64,000 nt of DNA from the NCBI RefSeq assembly GCF_009914755.1, contig NC_060948.1; one strand, 5' to 3'. The position numbers were made by a program, and so were the translations under genes. Shown here piece after piece: positions 1 through 21,665 of the stretch (positions are counted from its first letter, which is position 1; every line of letters starts with the position of its first letter). Source of the DNA: the human T2T-CHM13v2.0 reference genome, Homo sapiens. The notes under the pieces are model-generated. The model worked only from the letters and a program-made list of their open reading frames with translations. It was not told the origin of the DNA and made no database searches.

Positions 1-478
1 AACCTACTTATAACTGCATATGGAAAATACAGAGGATAATTTTTTAAATAACATATTTTGAAAGCCTTAACTAGTAATTTGAAGAGTTGGCATTTGAAAG
101 GCCAGTATGAATATACCTTCAAAGCAGCAACACAGGTTCCCCATGAGAAAAAGCAAACACAGGGAAAATAAAAACACAAAGGTTCAATCTCTTCTGACCT
201 TTGAAAGACACAGCACAGACAGTGGTCCTTAGGACGAAGAGCAGGAGACCCCTAATTCCGTCACCATGGCGATAGGGCATAAACATTGCTGGGTGAGGGC
301 ACAATCCACATTGTGAGGTCCAACTGCTGCCAGGAAGACAGGAGTGCTTTTACATAGACCGAAAGGTCATTGAAGGCTCAGAGTTTTGTTTCAAGAACTG
401 AATCCCAAGCCCACGCGTTATTAGGCTGCGCTTCTTAAAACAAGTTATGAGATGGGAAAAAGGGCACCCACAAACATA
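1..478. repeat. HSATI-type subunit of unit 1 (partial, window starts inside it)
   Basis: Non-Alu, moderately GC-rich segment, near-identical to 2421-2898 and repeated in every unit. Confidence 0.8.
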
Positions 479-2326
<1,848 letters not shown>

Positions 2327-2898
2327 AGATCCATATTTTTTAAATGAAAAAAAATTTCAAAGGTACTCTGCTTGGTACAATAATCAAATGTATAAACTGA
2401 GGAATAAAACATAACCATGAAACCTACTTATAACTGCATATGGAAAATACAGAGGATAATTTTTTAAATAACATATTTTGAAAGCCTTAACTAGTAATTT
2501 GAAGAGTTGGCATTAGAAAGGCCAGTATGAATATACCTTCAAAGCAGCAACACAGGTTCCCCATGAGAAAAAGCAAACACAGGGAAAATAAAAACACAAA
2601 GGTTCAATCTCTTCTGACCTTTGAAAGACACAGCACAGACAGTGGTCCTTAGGACGAAGAGCAGGAGACCCCTAATTCCGTCACCATGGCGATAGGGCAT
2701 AAACATTGCTGGGTGAGGGCACAATCCACATTGTGAGGTCCAACTGCTGCCAGGAAGACAGGAGTGCTTTTACATAGACCGAAAGGTCATTGAAGGCTCA
2801 GAGTTTTGTTTCAAGAACTGAATCCCAAGCCCACACGTTATTAGGCTGCGCTTCTTAAAACAAGTTATGAGATGGGAAAAAGGGCACCCACAAACATA
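2327..2898. repeat. HSATI-type subunit (representative complete copy)
   Basis: Runs from the Alu end (AGATCCATATT) to the start of the AT tract (CACAAACATACG). Boundaries are approximate. Confidence 0.8.
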
Positions 2899-4429
2899 CG
2901 TATACATTATGTATATAATAATATACAGTATCATATATATAATATATATAACCTATGTATAATATTGTTTTACATCCTGCATCTTATGTTATATATATTG
3001 TATAAAATATAATAATTGATAATATATAAGTTTTATAATTATACAATATGACATATAGTATATATTATAATTTATGACATATATAATATATGTTATATAT
3101 CTTATATAGAATATATTATACGGTTAATATACGTATTAAATATAAATTATACATTATATATATTATATATAATATATCTGTTATATATAATACCCATTAT
3201 GCATAATATATATATTATGTCTATGTTATATATAGTATAAAACAACATATAATAATATATAATTGTATATATAAAAGGTGACATAAAATATATATTATAT
3301 TTTATGACATATGCAATATATATTATATATTATATATAATACGTTGTATGAATAATACCTATATTAAATATATAATATATGACTATGTTATTAATTACAT
3401 GTCACATATGTTATATATTATATATTTTACATAGAATATACCGGTTACATACAATATATACTATGTTACCTATAATGTATAATTTATTACATGTAAAATA
3501 AAGAATGCAATATATTATGTATAATTTATAATATACAATATATGGAATGTGATATATATAACATATAATATATGATATATGATATACAGTTTATGATATA
3601 TAACATACAATATATGATACCTTATATATATGGCATACAATATATATTTTATGATATGTATTCTATATGTTTTATATTCTGTTATATATAACTATTTGAA
3701 ATTATATATAACTGTATAATATTTTATGTAAATTTGTAATATAATATATATAACTATATAATATTTTATATATAACTATATATTATGTTATATATACTTT
3801 TATAACATAATTTACATAAAATATCGTAATATAATATATATTATATTATTTCATATTACATAATATATATTACATATCACCCAATATAAGTAACATACAT
3901 AATAGTATAATATAGATTATATTATGTTATATTAATTATCATATATATCATGTATCATATATTCTATAATATATATTATACATTATATAATATGTATGTT
4001 GTCTATTATGTGATATATATAACTATATATAATTATATTATTATACATATAACTAGATAAACATGTAATTCTACATATTTTCATTTATAATATATAGAAT
4101 TATATAATCATATATAATTATTTATATTCTATAAAAAATTATATCATTATATAAATTATAATATATAAAAATTATAATATGTACTACAAATATATATATT
4201 ATATATCATATATGATATAGTACCTTTGTTATATATCATAATACAAATAAATGTGTATTATGTTATCTATAATTATATAATTTCATATATAAGATGTATA
4301 ATATGTATTATATATTATATATGTTATGTAATATATATAGTATATATAAGATGACACAGGATAAATATTATATACTATGACATATAAAATATATGAGGTT
4401 ATATGTTACATATAAGGCATAGCACATAA

Positions 4430-4744
<315 letters not shown>

Positions 4745-6837
4745 GGATCCATATTTTTTAAATGAAAAAAAATTTCAAAGGTACTCTGCTTGGTACAATA
4801 ATCAAATGTATAAACTGAGGAACAAAACATAACCATGAAACCTACTTATAACTGCATATGGAAAATACAGAGGATAATTTTTTAAATAACATATTTTGAA
4901 AGCCTTAACTAGTAATTTGAAGAGTTGGCATTTGAAAGGCCAGTATGAATATACCTTCAAAGCAGCAACACAGGTTCCCCATGAGAAAAAGCAAACTCAG
5001 GGAAAATAAAACCACAAAGGTTCAATCTCTTCTGACCTTTGAAAGACACAGCACAGACAGTGGTCCTTAGGACGAAGAGCAGGAGATCCCTAATTCCGTC
5101 ACCATGGCGATAGGGCATAAACATTGCTGGGTGAGGGCACAATCCACATTGTGAGGTCCAACTGCTGTCAGGAAGACAAGAGTGCTTTTACATAGACCGA
5201 AAGGTCATTGAAGGCTCAGAGTTTTGTTTCAAGAACTGAATCCCAAGCCCACACGTTATTAGGCTGCGCTTCTTAAAACAAGTTATGAGATGGGAAAAAG
5301 GGCACCTACAAACATACGTATACATTATGTATATAATAATATACAGTATCATATATATAATATATATAACCCATGTATAATATTGTTTTACATCCTGCAT
5401 CTTATATTATATATATTGTATAAAATATAATAATTGATAATATCTAAATTTTATATTTATACAATATGACATATAGTATATATTATAATTTATTACATAT
5501 ATAATATATGTTATATATCATATATAGAATATATTATACGGTTAATATACGTATTAAATATAAATTATACATTATATATATTATATATAATATATCTGCT
5601 ATATATAATACACATTATGCATAATATATATATTATGTCTATGTTATATATAGTATAAAACAACATATAATAATATATAATTGTATATATAAAATGCGAC
5701 ATATAATATATATTATATTTTATGACATATGTAATATATATTATATATTATATATAATACGTTGTATGTATAATACCTATATTAAATATAAATTATATGA
5801 CTATGTTATTAATTACATGTCACATATGTTATATATTGTATATTTTACATAGAATATACCGGTTACATAAATATATACTATGTTACCTATAATGTATAAT
5901 TTATTACATGTAAAATAAAGAATGCAATATATTGTGTATAATTTATAATATACAATATGTGGAATGTGATATATATAACATATAATATATGATATATGAT
6001 ATACAGTATATGATATATAACATACAATATATGATACCTAATATATATGGTATACAATATATATTTTATGATATGTATTCTCTATGTTTTATATTCTGTT
6101 ATATATAACTATTTGAAATTATATATAACTGTATAATATTTTATGTAAATATGTAATATAATATATAACTATATAATATATTTTATATAGCTATATAATA
6201 TGTTATATATACTTTTATAACATAATTTACATAAAATATCATAATATAATATATATTATATTATTTCATATTACATAATATATATTACATATCACCCAAT
6301 ATAAGTAACATACATAATATTATAATATAGATTATATTATGTTATATTAAATATCATATATATCATGTATCATATATTCTATAATATATATGATATATTA
6401 TATAATATGTATGTTGTCTATTATGTGATATATATAACTATATATAATTATATTATTATACATATTACTAGATAAACATGTAATTCTACATATTTTCATT
6501 TATAATATATAGAATTATATAATCATATATAATTATTTATATTCTATAAAAAATTATATCATTATATAAATTATAATATATAAAAAATTTAATATGTACT
6601 ACAAATATATATATTATATATCATATATGATATAGTACCTTTGTTATATATCATAATACATATAAATGTGTATTATGTTATCTATAATTATATAATTTCA
6701 TATATAAGATGTATAATATGTATTATATATTATATATGTTATGTAATATATATAGTATATGTAAGATGACTCAGGATAAATATTATATACTATGACATAT
6801 AAAATATATGAGGTTATATGTTACATATAAGGCATAG

Positions 6838-7159
<322 letters not shown>

Positions 7160-9260
7160 AGATCCATATTTTTTAAATGAAAAAAAATTTCAAAGGTACT
7201 CTGCTTGGTACAATAATCAAATGTATAAACTGAGGAATAAAACATAACCATGAAACCTACTTATAACTGCATATGGAAAATACAGAGGATAATTTTTTAA
7301 ATAACATATTTTGAAAGCCTTAACTAGTAATTTGAAGAGTTGGCATTTGAAAGGCCAGTATGAATATACCTTCAAAGCAGCAACACAGGTTCCCCATGAG
7401 AAAAAGCAAACTCAGGGAAAATAAAACCACAAAGGTTCAATCTCTTCTGACCTTTGAAAGACACAGCACAGACAGTGGTCCTTAGGACGAAGAGCAGGAG
7501 ACCCCTAATCCCGTCACCATGGCGATAGGGCATAAACATTGCTGGGTGAGGGCACAATCCACATTGTGAGGTCCAACTGCTGCCAGGAAGACATGAGTGC
7601 TTTCACATAGACCGAAAGGTCATTGAAGGCTCAGAGTTTTGTTTCAAGAACTGAATCCCAAGCCCACACGTTATTAGGCTGCGCTTCTTAAAACAAGTTA
7701 TGAGATGGGAAAAAGGGCACCTACAAACATACGTATACATTATGTATATAATAATATACAGTATCATATATATAATATATATAACCCATGTATAATATTG
7801 TTTTACATCCTGTATCTTATATTATATATATTGTATAAAATATAATAATTGATAATATATAAATTTTATATTTATACAATATGACATATAGTATATATTA
7901 TAATTTATTACATATATAATATATGTTATATATCATATATAGAATATATTATACGGTTAATATACGTATTAAATATAAATTATACATTATATATATTATA
8001 TATAATATATCTGCTATATATAATACCCATTATGCATAATATATATATTATGTCTATGTTATATATAGTATAAAACAACATATAATAATATATAATTGTA
8101 TATATAAAATGCGACATATAATATATATTATATTTTATGATATATGTAATATATATTATATATTATATATAATACGTTGTATGTATAATACCTATATTAA
8201 ATATAAATTATATGACTATGTTATTAATTACATGTCACATATGTTATATATTATATATTTTACATAGAATATACCGGTTACATACAATATATACTATGTT
8301 ACCTATAATGTATAATTTATTACATGTAAAATAAAGAATGCAATATATTACGTATAATTTATAATATACAATATGTGGAATGTGATATATATAACATATA
8401 ATATATGATATATGATATACAGTATATGATATATAACATACAATATATGATACCTAATATATATGGTATACAATATATATTTTATGATATGTATTCTATA
8501 TGTTTTATATTCTGTTACATATAACTATTTGAAATTATATATAACTGTATAATATTTTATGTAAATATATAATATAATATATAACTATATAATATATTAT
8601 ATATAACTATATATTATGTTATATATACTTTTATAACATAATTTACATAAAATATCATAATATAATATATATTATATTATTTCATATTACATAATATATA
8701 TTACATATCACCCAATATAAGTAACATACATAATATTATAATATAGATTATATTATGTTATATTAAATATCATATATATCATGTATCATATATTCTATAA
8801 TATATATGATACATTATATAATATGTATGTTGTCTATTATGTGATATATATAACTATATATAATTATATTATTATACATATTACTAGATAAACATGTAAT
8901 TCTACATATTTTCATTTATAATATATAGAATTATATAATCATATATAATTATTTGTATTCTATAAAAAATTATATCATTATATAAATTATAATATATAAA
9001 AATTATAATATGTACTACAAATATATATATTATATATCATATATGATATAGTACCTTTGTTATATATCATAATACATATAAATGTGTATTATGTTATCTA
9101 TAATTATATAATTTCATATATAAGATGTATAATATGTATTATATATTATATAAGTTATGTAATATATATAGTATATATAAGATGACACAGGATAAATATT
9201 ATATACTATGACATATAAAATATATGAGGTTATATGTTACATATAAGGCATAGCACATAA

Positions 9261-9575
<315 letters not shown>

Positions 9576-11669
9576 AGATCCATATTTTTTAAATGAAAAA
9601 AAATTTCAAAGGTACTCTGCTTGGTACAATAATCAAATGTATAAACTGAGGAATAAAACATAACCATGAAACCTACTTATAACTGCATATGGAAACTACA
9701 GAGGATAATTTTTTAAATAACATATTTTGAAAGCCTTAACTAGTAATTTGAAGAGTTGGCATTTGAAAGGCCAGTATGAATATACCTTCAAAGCAGCAAC
9801 ACAGGTTCCCAATGAGAAAAAGCAAACTCAGGGAAAATAAAACCACAAAGGTTCAATCTCTTCTGACCTTTGAAAGACACAGCACAGACAGTGGTCCTTA
9901 GGACGAAGAGCAGGAGACCCCTAATTCCGTCACCATGGCGATAGGGCATAAACATTGCTGGGTGAGGGCACAATCCACATTGTGAGGTCCAACTGCTGCC
10001 AGGAAGACAGGAGTGATTTTACATAGACCGAAAGGTCATTGAAGGCTCAGAGTTTTGTTTCAAGAACTGAATCCCAAGCCCACACGTTATTAGGCTGCGC
10101 TCCTTAAAACAAGTTATGAGATGGGAAAAAGGGCACCTACAAACATACGCATACATTATGTATATAATAATATACACTATCATATATATAATATATATAA
10201 CCCATGTATAATATTGTTTTACATCCTGCATCTTATATTATATATATTGTATAAAATATAATAATTGATAATATCTAAATTTTATATTTATACAATATGA
10301 CATATAGTATATATTATAATTTATTACATATATAATATATGTCATATATCATATATAGAATATATTATACGGTTAATATACGTATTAAATATAAATTATA
10401 CATTATATATATTATATATAATATATCTGCTATATATAATACCCATTATGCATAATATATATATTATGTCTATGTTACATATAGTATAAAACAACATATA
10501 ATAATATATAAATGTATATATAAAATGCGACATATAATATAGATTATATTTTATGACATATGTAATATATATTATATATTATATATAATACGTTGTATGT
10601 ATAATACCTATATTAAATATAAATTATATGACTATGTTATTAATTACATGTCACATATGTTATATATTATATATTTTACATAGAATATACCGGTTACATA
10701 CAATATATACTATGTTACCTATAATGTATAATTTATTACATGTAAAATAAAGAATGCAATATATTGTGTATAATTTATAATATACAATATGTGGAATGTG
10801 ATATATATAACATATAATATATGATATATGATATACAGTATATGATATATAACATACAATATATGATACCTAATATATATGGTATACAATATATATTTTA
10901 TGATATGTATTCTCTATGTTTTATATTCTGTTATATATAACTATTTGAAATTATATATAACTGTATAATATTTTATGTAAATATGTAATATAATATATAA
11001 CTATATAATATATTTTATATAGCTATATAATATGTTATATATACTTTTATAACATAATTTACATAAAATATCATAATATAATATATATTATATTATTTCA
11101 TATTACATAATATATATTACATATCACCCAATATAAGTAACATACATAATATTATAATATAGATTATATTATGTTATATTAAATATCATATATATCATGT
11201 ATCATATATTCTATAATATATATGATATATTATATAATATGTATGTTGTCTATTATGTGATATATATAACTATATATAATTATATTATTATACATATTAC
11301 TAGATAAACATGTAATTCTACATATTTTCATTTATAATATATAGAATTATATAATCATATATAATTATTTATATTCTATAAAAAATTATATCATTATATA
11401 AATTATAATATATAAAAAATTTAATATGTACTACAAATATATATATTATATATCATATATGATATAGTACCTTTGTTATATATCATAATACATATAAATG
11501 TGTATTATGTTATCTATAATTATATAATTTCATATATAAGATGTATAATATGTATTATATATTATATATGTTATGTAATATATATAGTATATATAAGATG
11601 ACTCAGGATAAATATTATATACTATGACATATAAAATATATGAGGTTATATGTTACATATAAGGCATAG

Positions 11670-11991
<322 letters not shown>

Positions 11992-14092
11992 AGATCCATA
12001 TTTTTTAAATGAAAAAAAATTTCAAAGGTACTCTGCTTGGTACAATAATCAAATGTATAAACTGAGGAATAAAACATAACCATGAAACCTACTTATAACT
12101 GCATATGGAAAATACAGAGGATAATTTTTTAAATAACATATTTTGAAAGCCTTAACTAGTAATTTGAAGAGTTGGCATTTGAAAGGCCAGTATGAATATA
12201 CCTTCAAAGCAGCAACACAGGTTCCCCATGAGAAAAAGCAAACTCAGGGAAAATAAAACCACAAAGGTTCAATCTCTTCTGACCTTTGAAAGACACAGCA
12301 CAGACAGTGGTCCTTAGGACGAAGAGCAGGAGACCCCTAATCCCGTCACCATGGCGATAGGGCATAAACATTGCTGGGTGAGGGCACAATCCACATTGTG
12401 AGGTCCAACTGCTGCCAGGAAGACAGGAGTGCTTTTACATAGACCGAAAGGTCATTGAAGGCTCAGAGTTTTGTTTCAAGAACTGAATCCCAAGCCCACA
12501 CGTTATTAGGCTGCGCTTCTTAAAACAAGTTATGAGATGGGAAAAAGGGCACCTACAAACATACGTATACATTATGTATATAATAATATACAGTATCATA
12601 TATATAATATATATAACCCATGTATAATATTGTTTTACATCCTGTATCTTATATTATATATATTGTATAAAATATAATAATTGATAATATATAAATTTTA
12701 TATTTATACAATATGACATATAGTATATATTATAATTTATTACATATATAATATATGTTATATATCATATATAGAATATATTATACGGTTAATATACGTA
12801 TTAAATATAAATTATACATTATATATATTATATATAATATATCTGCTATATATAATACCCATTATGCATAATATATATATTATGTCTATGTTATATATAG
12901 TATAAAACAACATATAATAATATATAATTGTATATATAAAATGCGACATATAATATATATTATATTTTATGATATATGTAATATATATTATATATTATAT
13001 ATAATACGTTGTATGTATAATACCTATATTAAATATAAATTATATGACTATGTTATTAATTACATGTCACATATGTTATATATTATATATTTTACATAGA
13101 ATATACCGGTTACATACAATATATACTATGTTACCTATAATGTATAATTTATTACATGTAAAATAAAGAATGCAATATATTACGTATAATTTATAATATA
13201 CAATATGTGGAATGTGATATATATAACATATAATATATGATATATGATATACAGTATATGATATATAACATACAATATATGATACCTAATATATATGGTA
13301 TACAATATATATTTTATGATATGTATTCTATATGTTTTATATTCTGTTACATATAACTATTTGAAATTATATATAACTGTATAATATTTTATGTAAATAT
13401 ATAATATAATATATAACTATATAATATATTATATATAACTATATATTATGTTATATATACTTTTATAACATAATTTACATAAAATATCATAATATAATAT
13501 ATATTATATTATTTCATATTACATAATATATATTACATATCACCCAATATAAGTAACATACATAATATTATAATATAGATTATATTATGTTATATTAAAT
13601 ATCATATATATCATGTATCATATATTCTATAATATATATGATACATTATATAATATGTATGTTGTCTATTATGTGATATATATAACTATATATAATTATA
13701 TTATTATACATATTACTAGATAAACATGTAATTCTACATATTTTCATTTATAATATATAGAATTATATAATCATATATAATTATTTATATTCTATAAAAA
13801 ATTATATCATTATATAAATTATAATATATAAAAATTATAATATGTACTACAAATATATATATTATATATCATATATGATATAGTACCTTTGTTATATATC
13901 ATAATACATATAAATGTGTATTATGTTATCTATAATTATATAATTTCATATATAAGGTGTATAATATGTATTATATATTATATAAGTTATGTAATATATA
14001 TAGTATATATAAGATGACACAGGATAAATATTATATACTATGACATATAAAATATATGAGGTTATATGTTACATATAAGGCATAGCACATAA

Positions 14093-14407
<315 letters not shown>

Positions 14408-16533
14408 AGATCCATATTTTTTAAATGAAAAAAAATTTCAAAGGTATTCTGCTTGGTACAATAATCCAATGTATAAACTGAGGAATAAAACATAACCATG
14501 AAACCTACTTATAACTGCATATGGAAAATACAGAGGATAATTTTTTAAATAACATATTTTGAAAGCCTTAACTAGTAATTTGAAGAGCTGGCATTTGAAA
14601 GGCCAGTATGAATATACCTTCAAAGCAGCAACACAGGTTCCCCATGAGAAAAAGCAAACTCAGGGAAAATAAAACCACAAAGGTTCAATCTCTTCTGACC
14701 TTTGAAAGACACAGCACAGACAGTGGTCCTTAGGACGAAGAGCAGGAGACCCCTAATTCCGTCACCATGGCGATAGGGCATAAACATTGCTGGGTGAGGG
14801 CACAATCCACATAGTGAGGTCCAACTGCTGCCAGGAAGACAGGAGTGCTTTTACATAGACCGAAAGGTCATTGAAGGCTCAGAGTTTTGTTTCAAGAACT
14901 GAATCCCAAGCCCACACGTTATTAGGCTGCGCTCCTTAAAACAAGTTATGAGATGGGAAAAAGGGCACCTACAACATACGTATACATTATGTATATAATA
15001 ATATACAGTATCATATATATAATATATATAACCCATGTATAATATTGTTTTACATCCTGCATCTTATATTATATATATTGTATAAAATATAATAATTGAT
15101 AATATCTAAATTTTATATTTATACAATATGACATATAGTATATATTATAATTTATTACATATATAATATATGTCATATATCATATATAGAATATATTATA
15201 CGGTTAATATACGTATTAAATATAAATTATACATTATATATATTATATATAATATATCTGCTATATATAATACCCATTATGCATAATATATATATTATGT
15301 GTATGTTACATATAGTATAAAACAACATATAATAATAAATAAATGTATATATAAAATGCGACATATAATATAGATTATATTTTATGACATATGTAATATA
15401 TATTATATATTATATATAATACGTTGTATGTATAATACCTATATTAAATATATATTATATGACTATGTTATTAATTACATGTCACATATGTTATATATTA
15501 TATATTTTACATAGAATATACCGGTTACATACAATATATACTATGTTACCTATAATGTATAATTTATTACATGTAAAATAAAGAATGCAATATATTATGT
15601 ATAATTTATAATATACAATATGTGGAATGTGATATATATAACATATAATATATGATATATGATATACAGTATATGATATATAACATACAATATATGATAC
15701 CTAATATATATGGTATACAATATATATTTTATGATATGTATTCTATATGATTTCTATTCTGTTATATATAACTATTTGAAATTATATATAACTGTATAAT
15801 ATTTTATGTAAATATGTAATATAATATATATAACTATATAATATATTATATATAACTATATATTATGTTATATATACTTTTATAACATAATTTACATAAA
15901 ATATCATAATATAATATATATTATATTATTTCATATTTCATAATATATATTACATATCACCCAATATAAGTAACATACATAATATTATAATATAGATTAT
16001 ATTATGTTATATTAAATATCATATATATCATGCACATATATTCTATAATATATATTATACATTATATAATATGTATGTTTTCTATTATGTGATATATATA
16101 ACTATATATATAATTATATTATTATACATATAACTAGATAAACATGTAATTCTACATATTTTCATTTATAATATATAGAATTATATAATCATATATAATT
16201 ATTTATATTCTATAAAAAATTATATCATTATATAAATTATATTATATAAAAATTATAATATGTACTACAAATATATATATTATATATCATATATGATATA
16301 GTACCTTTGTTATATATCATAATACATACAAATGTGTATTATGTTATCTCTAATTATATAATTTCATATATAAGTTGTATAATATGTATTATATATTATA
16401 TATGTTATGTAATATATATAGTATATATAAGATGACACAGGATAAATATTATATACTATGACATATAAAATATATGAGGTTATATGCTTCATATAAGGCA
16501 TAGCACATAATATGTAATATATATCATATATAA

Positions 16534-16825
<292 letters not shown>

Positions 16826-18930
16826 AGATCCATATTTTTTAAATGAAAAAGAATTTCAAAGGTACTCTGCTTGGTACAATAATCAAATGTATAAACTGAG
16901 GAATAAAACATAACCATGAAACCTACTTATAACTGCATATGGAAAATACAGAGGATAATTTTTTAAATAACATATTTTGAAAGCCTTAACTAGTAATTTG
17001 AAGAGCTGGCATTTGAAAGGCCAGTATGAATATACCTTCAAAGCAGCAACACAGGTTCCCCATGAGAAAAAGCAAACACAGGGAAAATAAAAACACAAAG
17101 GTTCAATCTCTTCTGACCTTTGAAAGACACAGCACAGACAGTGGTCCTTAGGACGAAGAGCAGGAGACCCCTAATTCCGTCACCATGGCGATAGGGCATA
17201 AACATTGCTGGGTGAGGGCACAATCCACATTGTGAGGTCCAACTGCTGCCAGGAAGACAGGAGTGCTTTTACATAGACCGAAAGGTCATTGAAGGCTCAG
17301 AGTTTTGTTTCAAGAACTGAATCCCAAGCCCACACGTTATTAGGCTGCGCTTCTTAAAACAAGTTATGAGATGGGAAAAAGGGCACCCACAAACATACGT
17401 ATACATTATGTATATAATAATATACAGTATCATATATATAATATATATAACCTATGTATAATATTGTTTTACATCCTGCATCTTATGTTATATATATTGT
17501 ATAAAATATAATAATTGATAATATATAAGTTTTATAATTATACAATATGACATATAGTATATATTATAATTTACGACATATATAATATATGTTATATGTC
17601 ATATATAGAATATATTATACGGTTAATATACGTATTAAATATAAATTATACATTATATATATTATATATAATATATCTGTTATATATAATACCCATTATG
17701 CATAATATATATATTATGTCTACGTTATATATAGTATAAAACAACATATAATAATATATAATTGTATATATAAAATGCGATATATAATATATATTATATT
17801 TTATAACATATGTAATATATATTATATATTATATATAATACGTTGTGTGTATATTACCTATATTAAATATATATTATATGACTATGTTATTAATTACATG
17901 TCACATGTGTTATATATTATATATTTTACATAGAATATACCGGTTACATACAATATATACTATGTTACCTATAATGTATAATTTATTACATGTAAAATAA
18001 AGAATGCAATATATTATGTATAATTTATATTATACAATATGTGGAATGTGATATATATAACATATAATATATGATATATGATATACAGTATATGATATAT
18101 AACATTCAATATATGATTCCTAATATATATGGTATACAATATATATTTTATGATATGTATTCTATATGTTTTATATTCTGTTATATATAACTATTTGAAA
18201 TTATATATAACTGTATAATATTTTATGTAAATATGTAATATAATATATATAACTATATAATATATTATATATAACTATATATAATGTTATATATACTTTC
18301 ATAACATAATTTACATCAAATATCATAATATAATATATATTATATTATTTCATATTACATAATATATATTACATATCACCCAATATAACTAACATACATA
18401 ATATTATAATATAGATTATATTATGTTATATTAAATATCATATATATCATGTATCATATATTCTATAATATATATTACACATTATATAATATGTATGTTG
18501 TCTATTATGTGATATATGTAACTATATATATAATTATATTTTTATACATATAACTAGATAAACATGTAATTCTACATATTTTCATTTATAATATGTAGAA
18601 TTATATAATCATATATAATTATTTATATTCTATAAAAAATTTTATCATTATATAAATTATAATATATAAAAATTATAATATGTACTACAAATATATATAT
18701 TATATATCATATATGCTATAGTACCTTTGTTATATATCATAATACATATAAATGTGTATTATGTTATCTATAATTATATAATTTCATATATAAGTTGTAT
18801 AATATGTATCATATATTATATATGTTATGTAATATATATAGTATATATAAGATGACACATGATAAATATTGTATACTATGACATATAAAATATATCAGGT
18901 TATATGTTACATATAAGGCATAGCACATAA

Positions 18931-19245
<315 letters not shown>

Positions 19246-21350
19246 AGATCCATATTTTTTAAATGAAAAAAAATTTCAAAGTTACTCTGCTTGGTACAAT
19301 AATCAAATGTATAAACTGAGGAATAAAACATAACCATGAAACCTACTTATAACTGCATATGGAAAATACAGAGGATAATTTTTTAAATAACATATTTTGA
19401 AAGCCTTAACTAGTAATTTGAAGAGCTGGCATTTGAAAGGCCAGTATGAATATACCTTCAAAGCAGCAACACAGGTTCCCCATGAGAAAAAGCAAACACA
19501 GGGAAAATAAAAACACAAAGGTTCAATCTCTTCTGACCTTTGAAAGACACAGCACAGACAGTGGTACTTAGGACGAAGAGCAGGAGACCCGTAATTCCGT
19601 CACCATGGCGATAGGGCATAAACATTGCTGGGTGAGGGCAAAATCCACATTGTGAGGTCCAACTGCTGCCAGGAAGACAGGAGTGCTTTTACATAGACCG
19701 AAAGGTCATTGAAGGCTCAGAGTTTTGTTTCAAGAACTGAATCCCAAGCCCACACGTTATTAGGCTGCGCTTCTTAAAGCAAGTTATGAGATGGGAAAAA
19801 GGGCACCCACAAACATACGTATACATTATGTATATAATAATATACAGTATCATATATATAATATATATAACCTATGTATAATATTGTTTTACATCCTGCA
19901 TCTTATGTTATATATATTGTATAAAATATAATAATTGATAATATATAAGTTTTATAATTATACAATATGACATATAGTATATATTATAATTTACGACATA
20001 TATAATATATGTTATATGTCATATATAGAATATATTATACGGTTAATATACGTATTAAATATAAATTATACATTATATATATTATATATAATATATCTGT
20101 TATATATAATACCCATTATGCATAATATATATATTATGTCTACGTTATATATAGTATAAAACAACATATAATAATATATAATTGTATATATAAAATGCGA
20201 TATATAATATATATTATATTTTATAACATATGTAATATATATTATATATTATATATAATACGTTGTATGTATATTACCTATATTAAATATATATTATATG
20301 ACTATGTTATTAATTACATGTCACATGTGTTATATATTATATATTTTACATAGAATATACCGGTTACATACAATATATACTATGTTACCTATAATGTATA
20401 ATTTATTACATGTAAAATAAAGAATGCAATATATTATGTATAATTTATATTATACAATATGTGGAATGTGATATATATAACATATAATATATGATATATG
20501 ATATACAGTATATGATATATAACATTCAATATATGATTCCTAATATATATGGTATACAATATATATTTTATGATATGTATTCTATATGTTTTATATTCTG
20601 TTATATATAACTATTTGAAATTATATATAACTGTATAATATTTTATGTAAATATGTAATATAATATATATAACTATATAATATATTATATATAACTATAT
20701 ATAATGTTATATATACTTTCATAACATAATTTACATCAAATATCATAATATAATATATATTATATTATTTCATATTACATAATATATATTACATATCACC
20801 CAATATAACTAACATACATAATATTATAATATAGATTATATTATGTTATATTAAATATCATATATATCATGTATCATATATTCTATAATATATATTACAC
20901 ATTATATAATATGTATGTTGTCTATTATGTGATATATGTAACTATATATATAATTATATTTTTATACATATAACTAGATAAACATGTAATTCTACATATT
21001 TTCATTTATAATATGTAGAATTATATAATCATATATAATTATTTATATTCTATAAAAAATTTTATCATTATATAAATTAGAATATATAAAAATTATAATA
21101 TGTACTACAAATATATATATTATATATCATATATGCTATAGTACCTTTGTTATATATCATAATACATATAAATGTGTATTATGTTATCTATAATTATATA
21201 ATTTCATATATAAGTTGTATAATATGTATCATATATTATATATGTTATGTAATATATATAGTATATATAAGATGACACATGATAAATATTGTATACTATG
21301 ACATATAAAATATATCAGGTTATATGTTACATATAAGGCATAGCACATAA

Positions 21351-21665
<315 letters not shown>

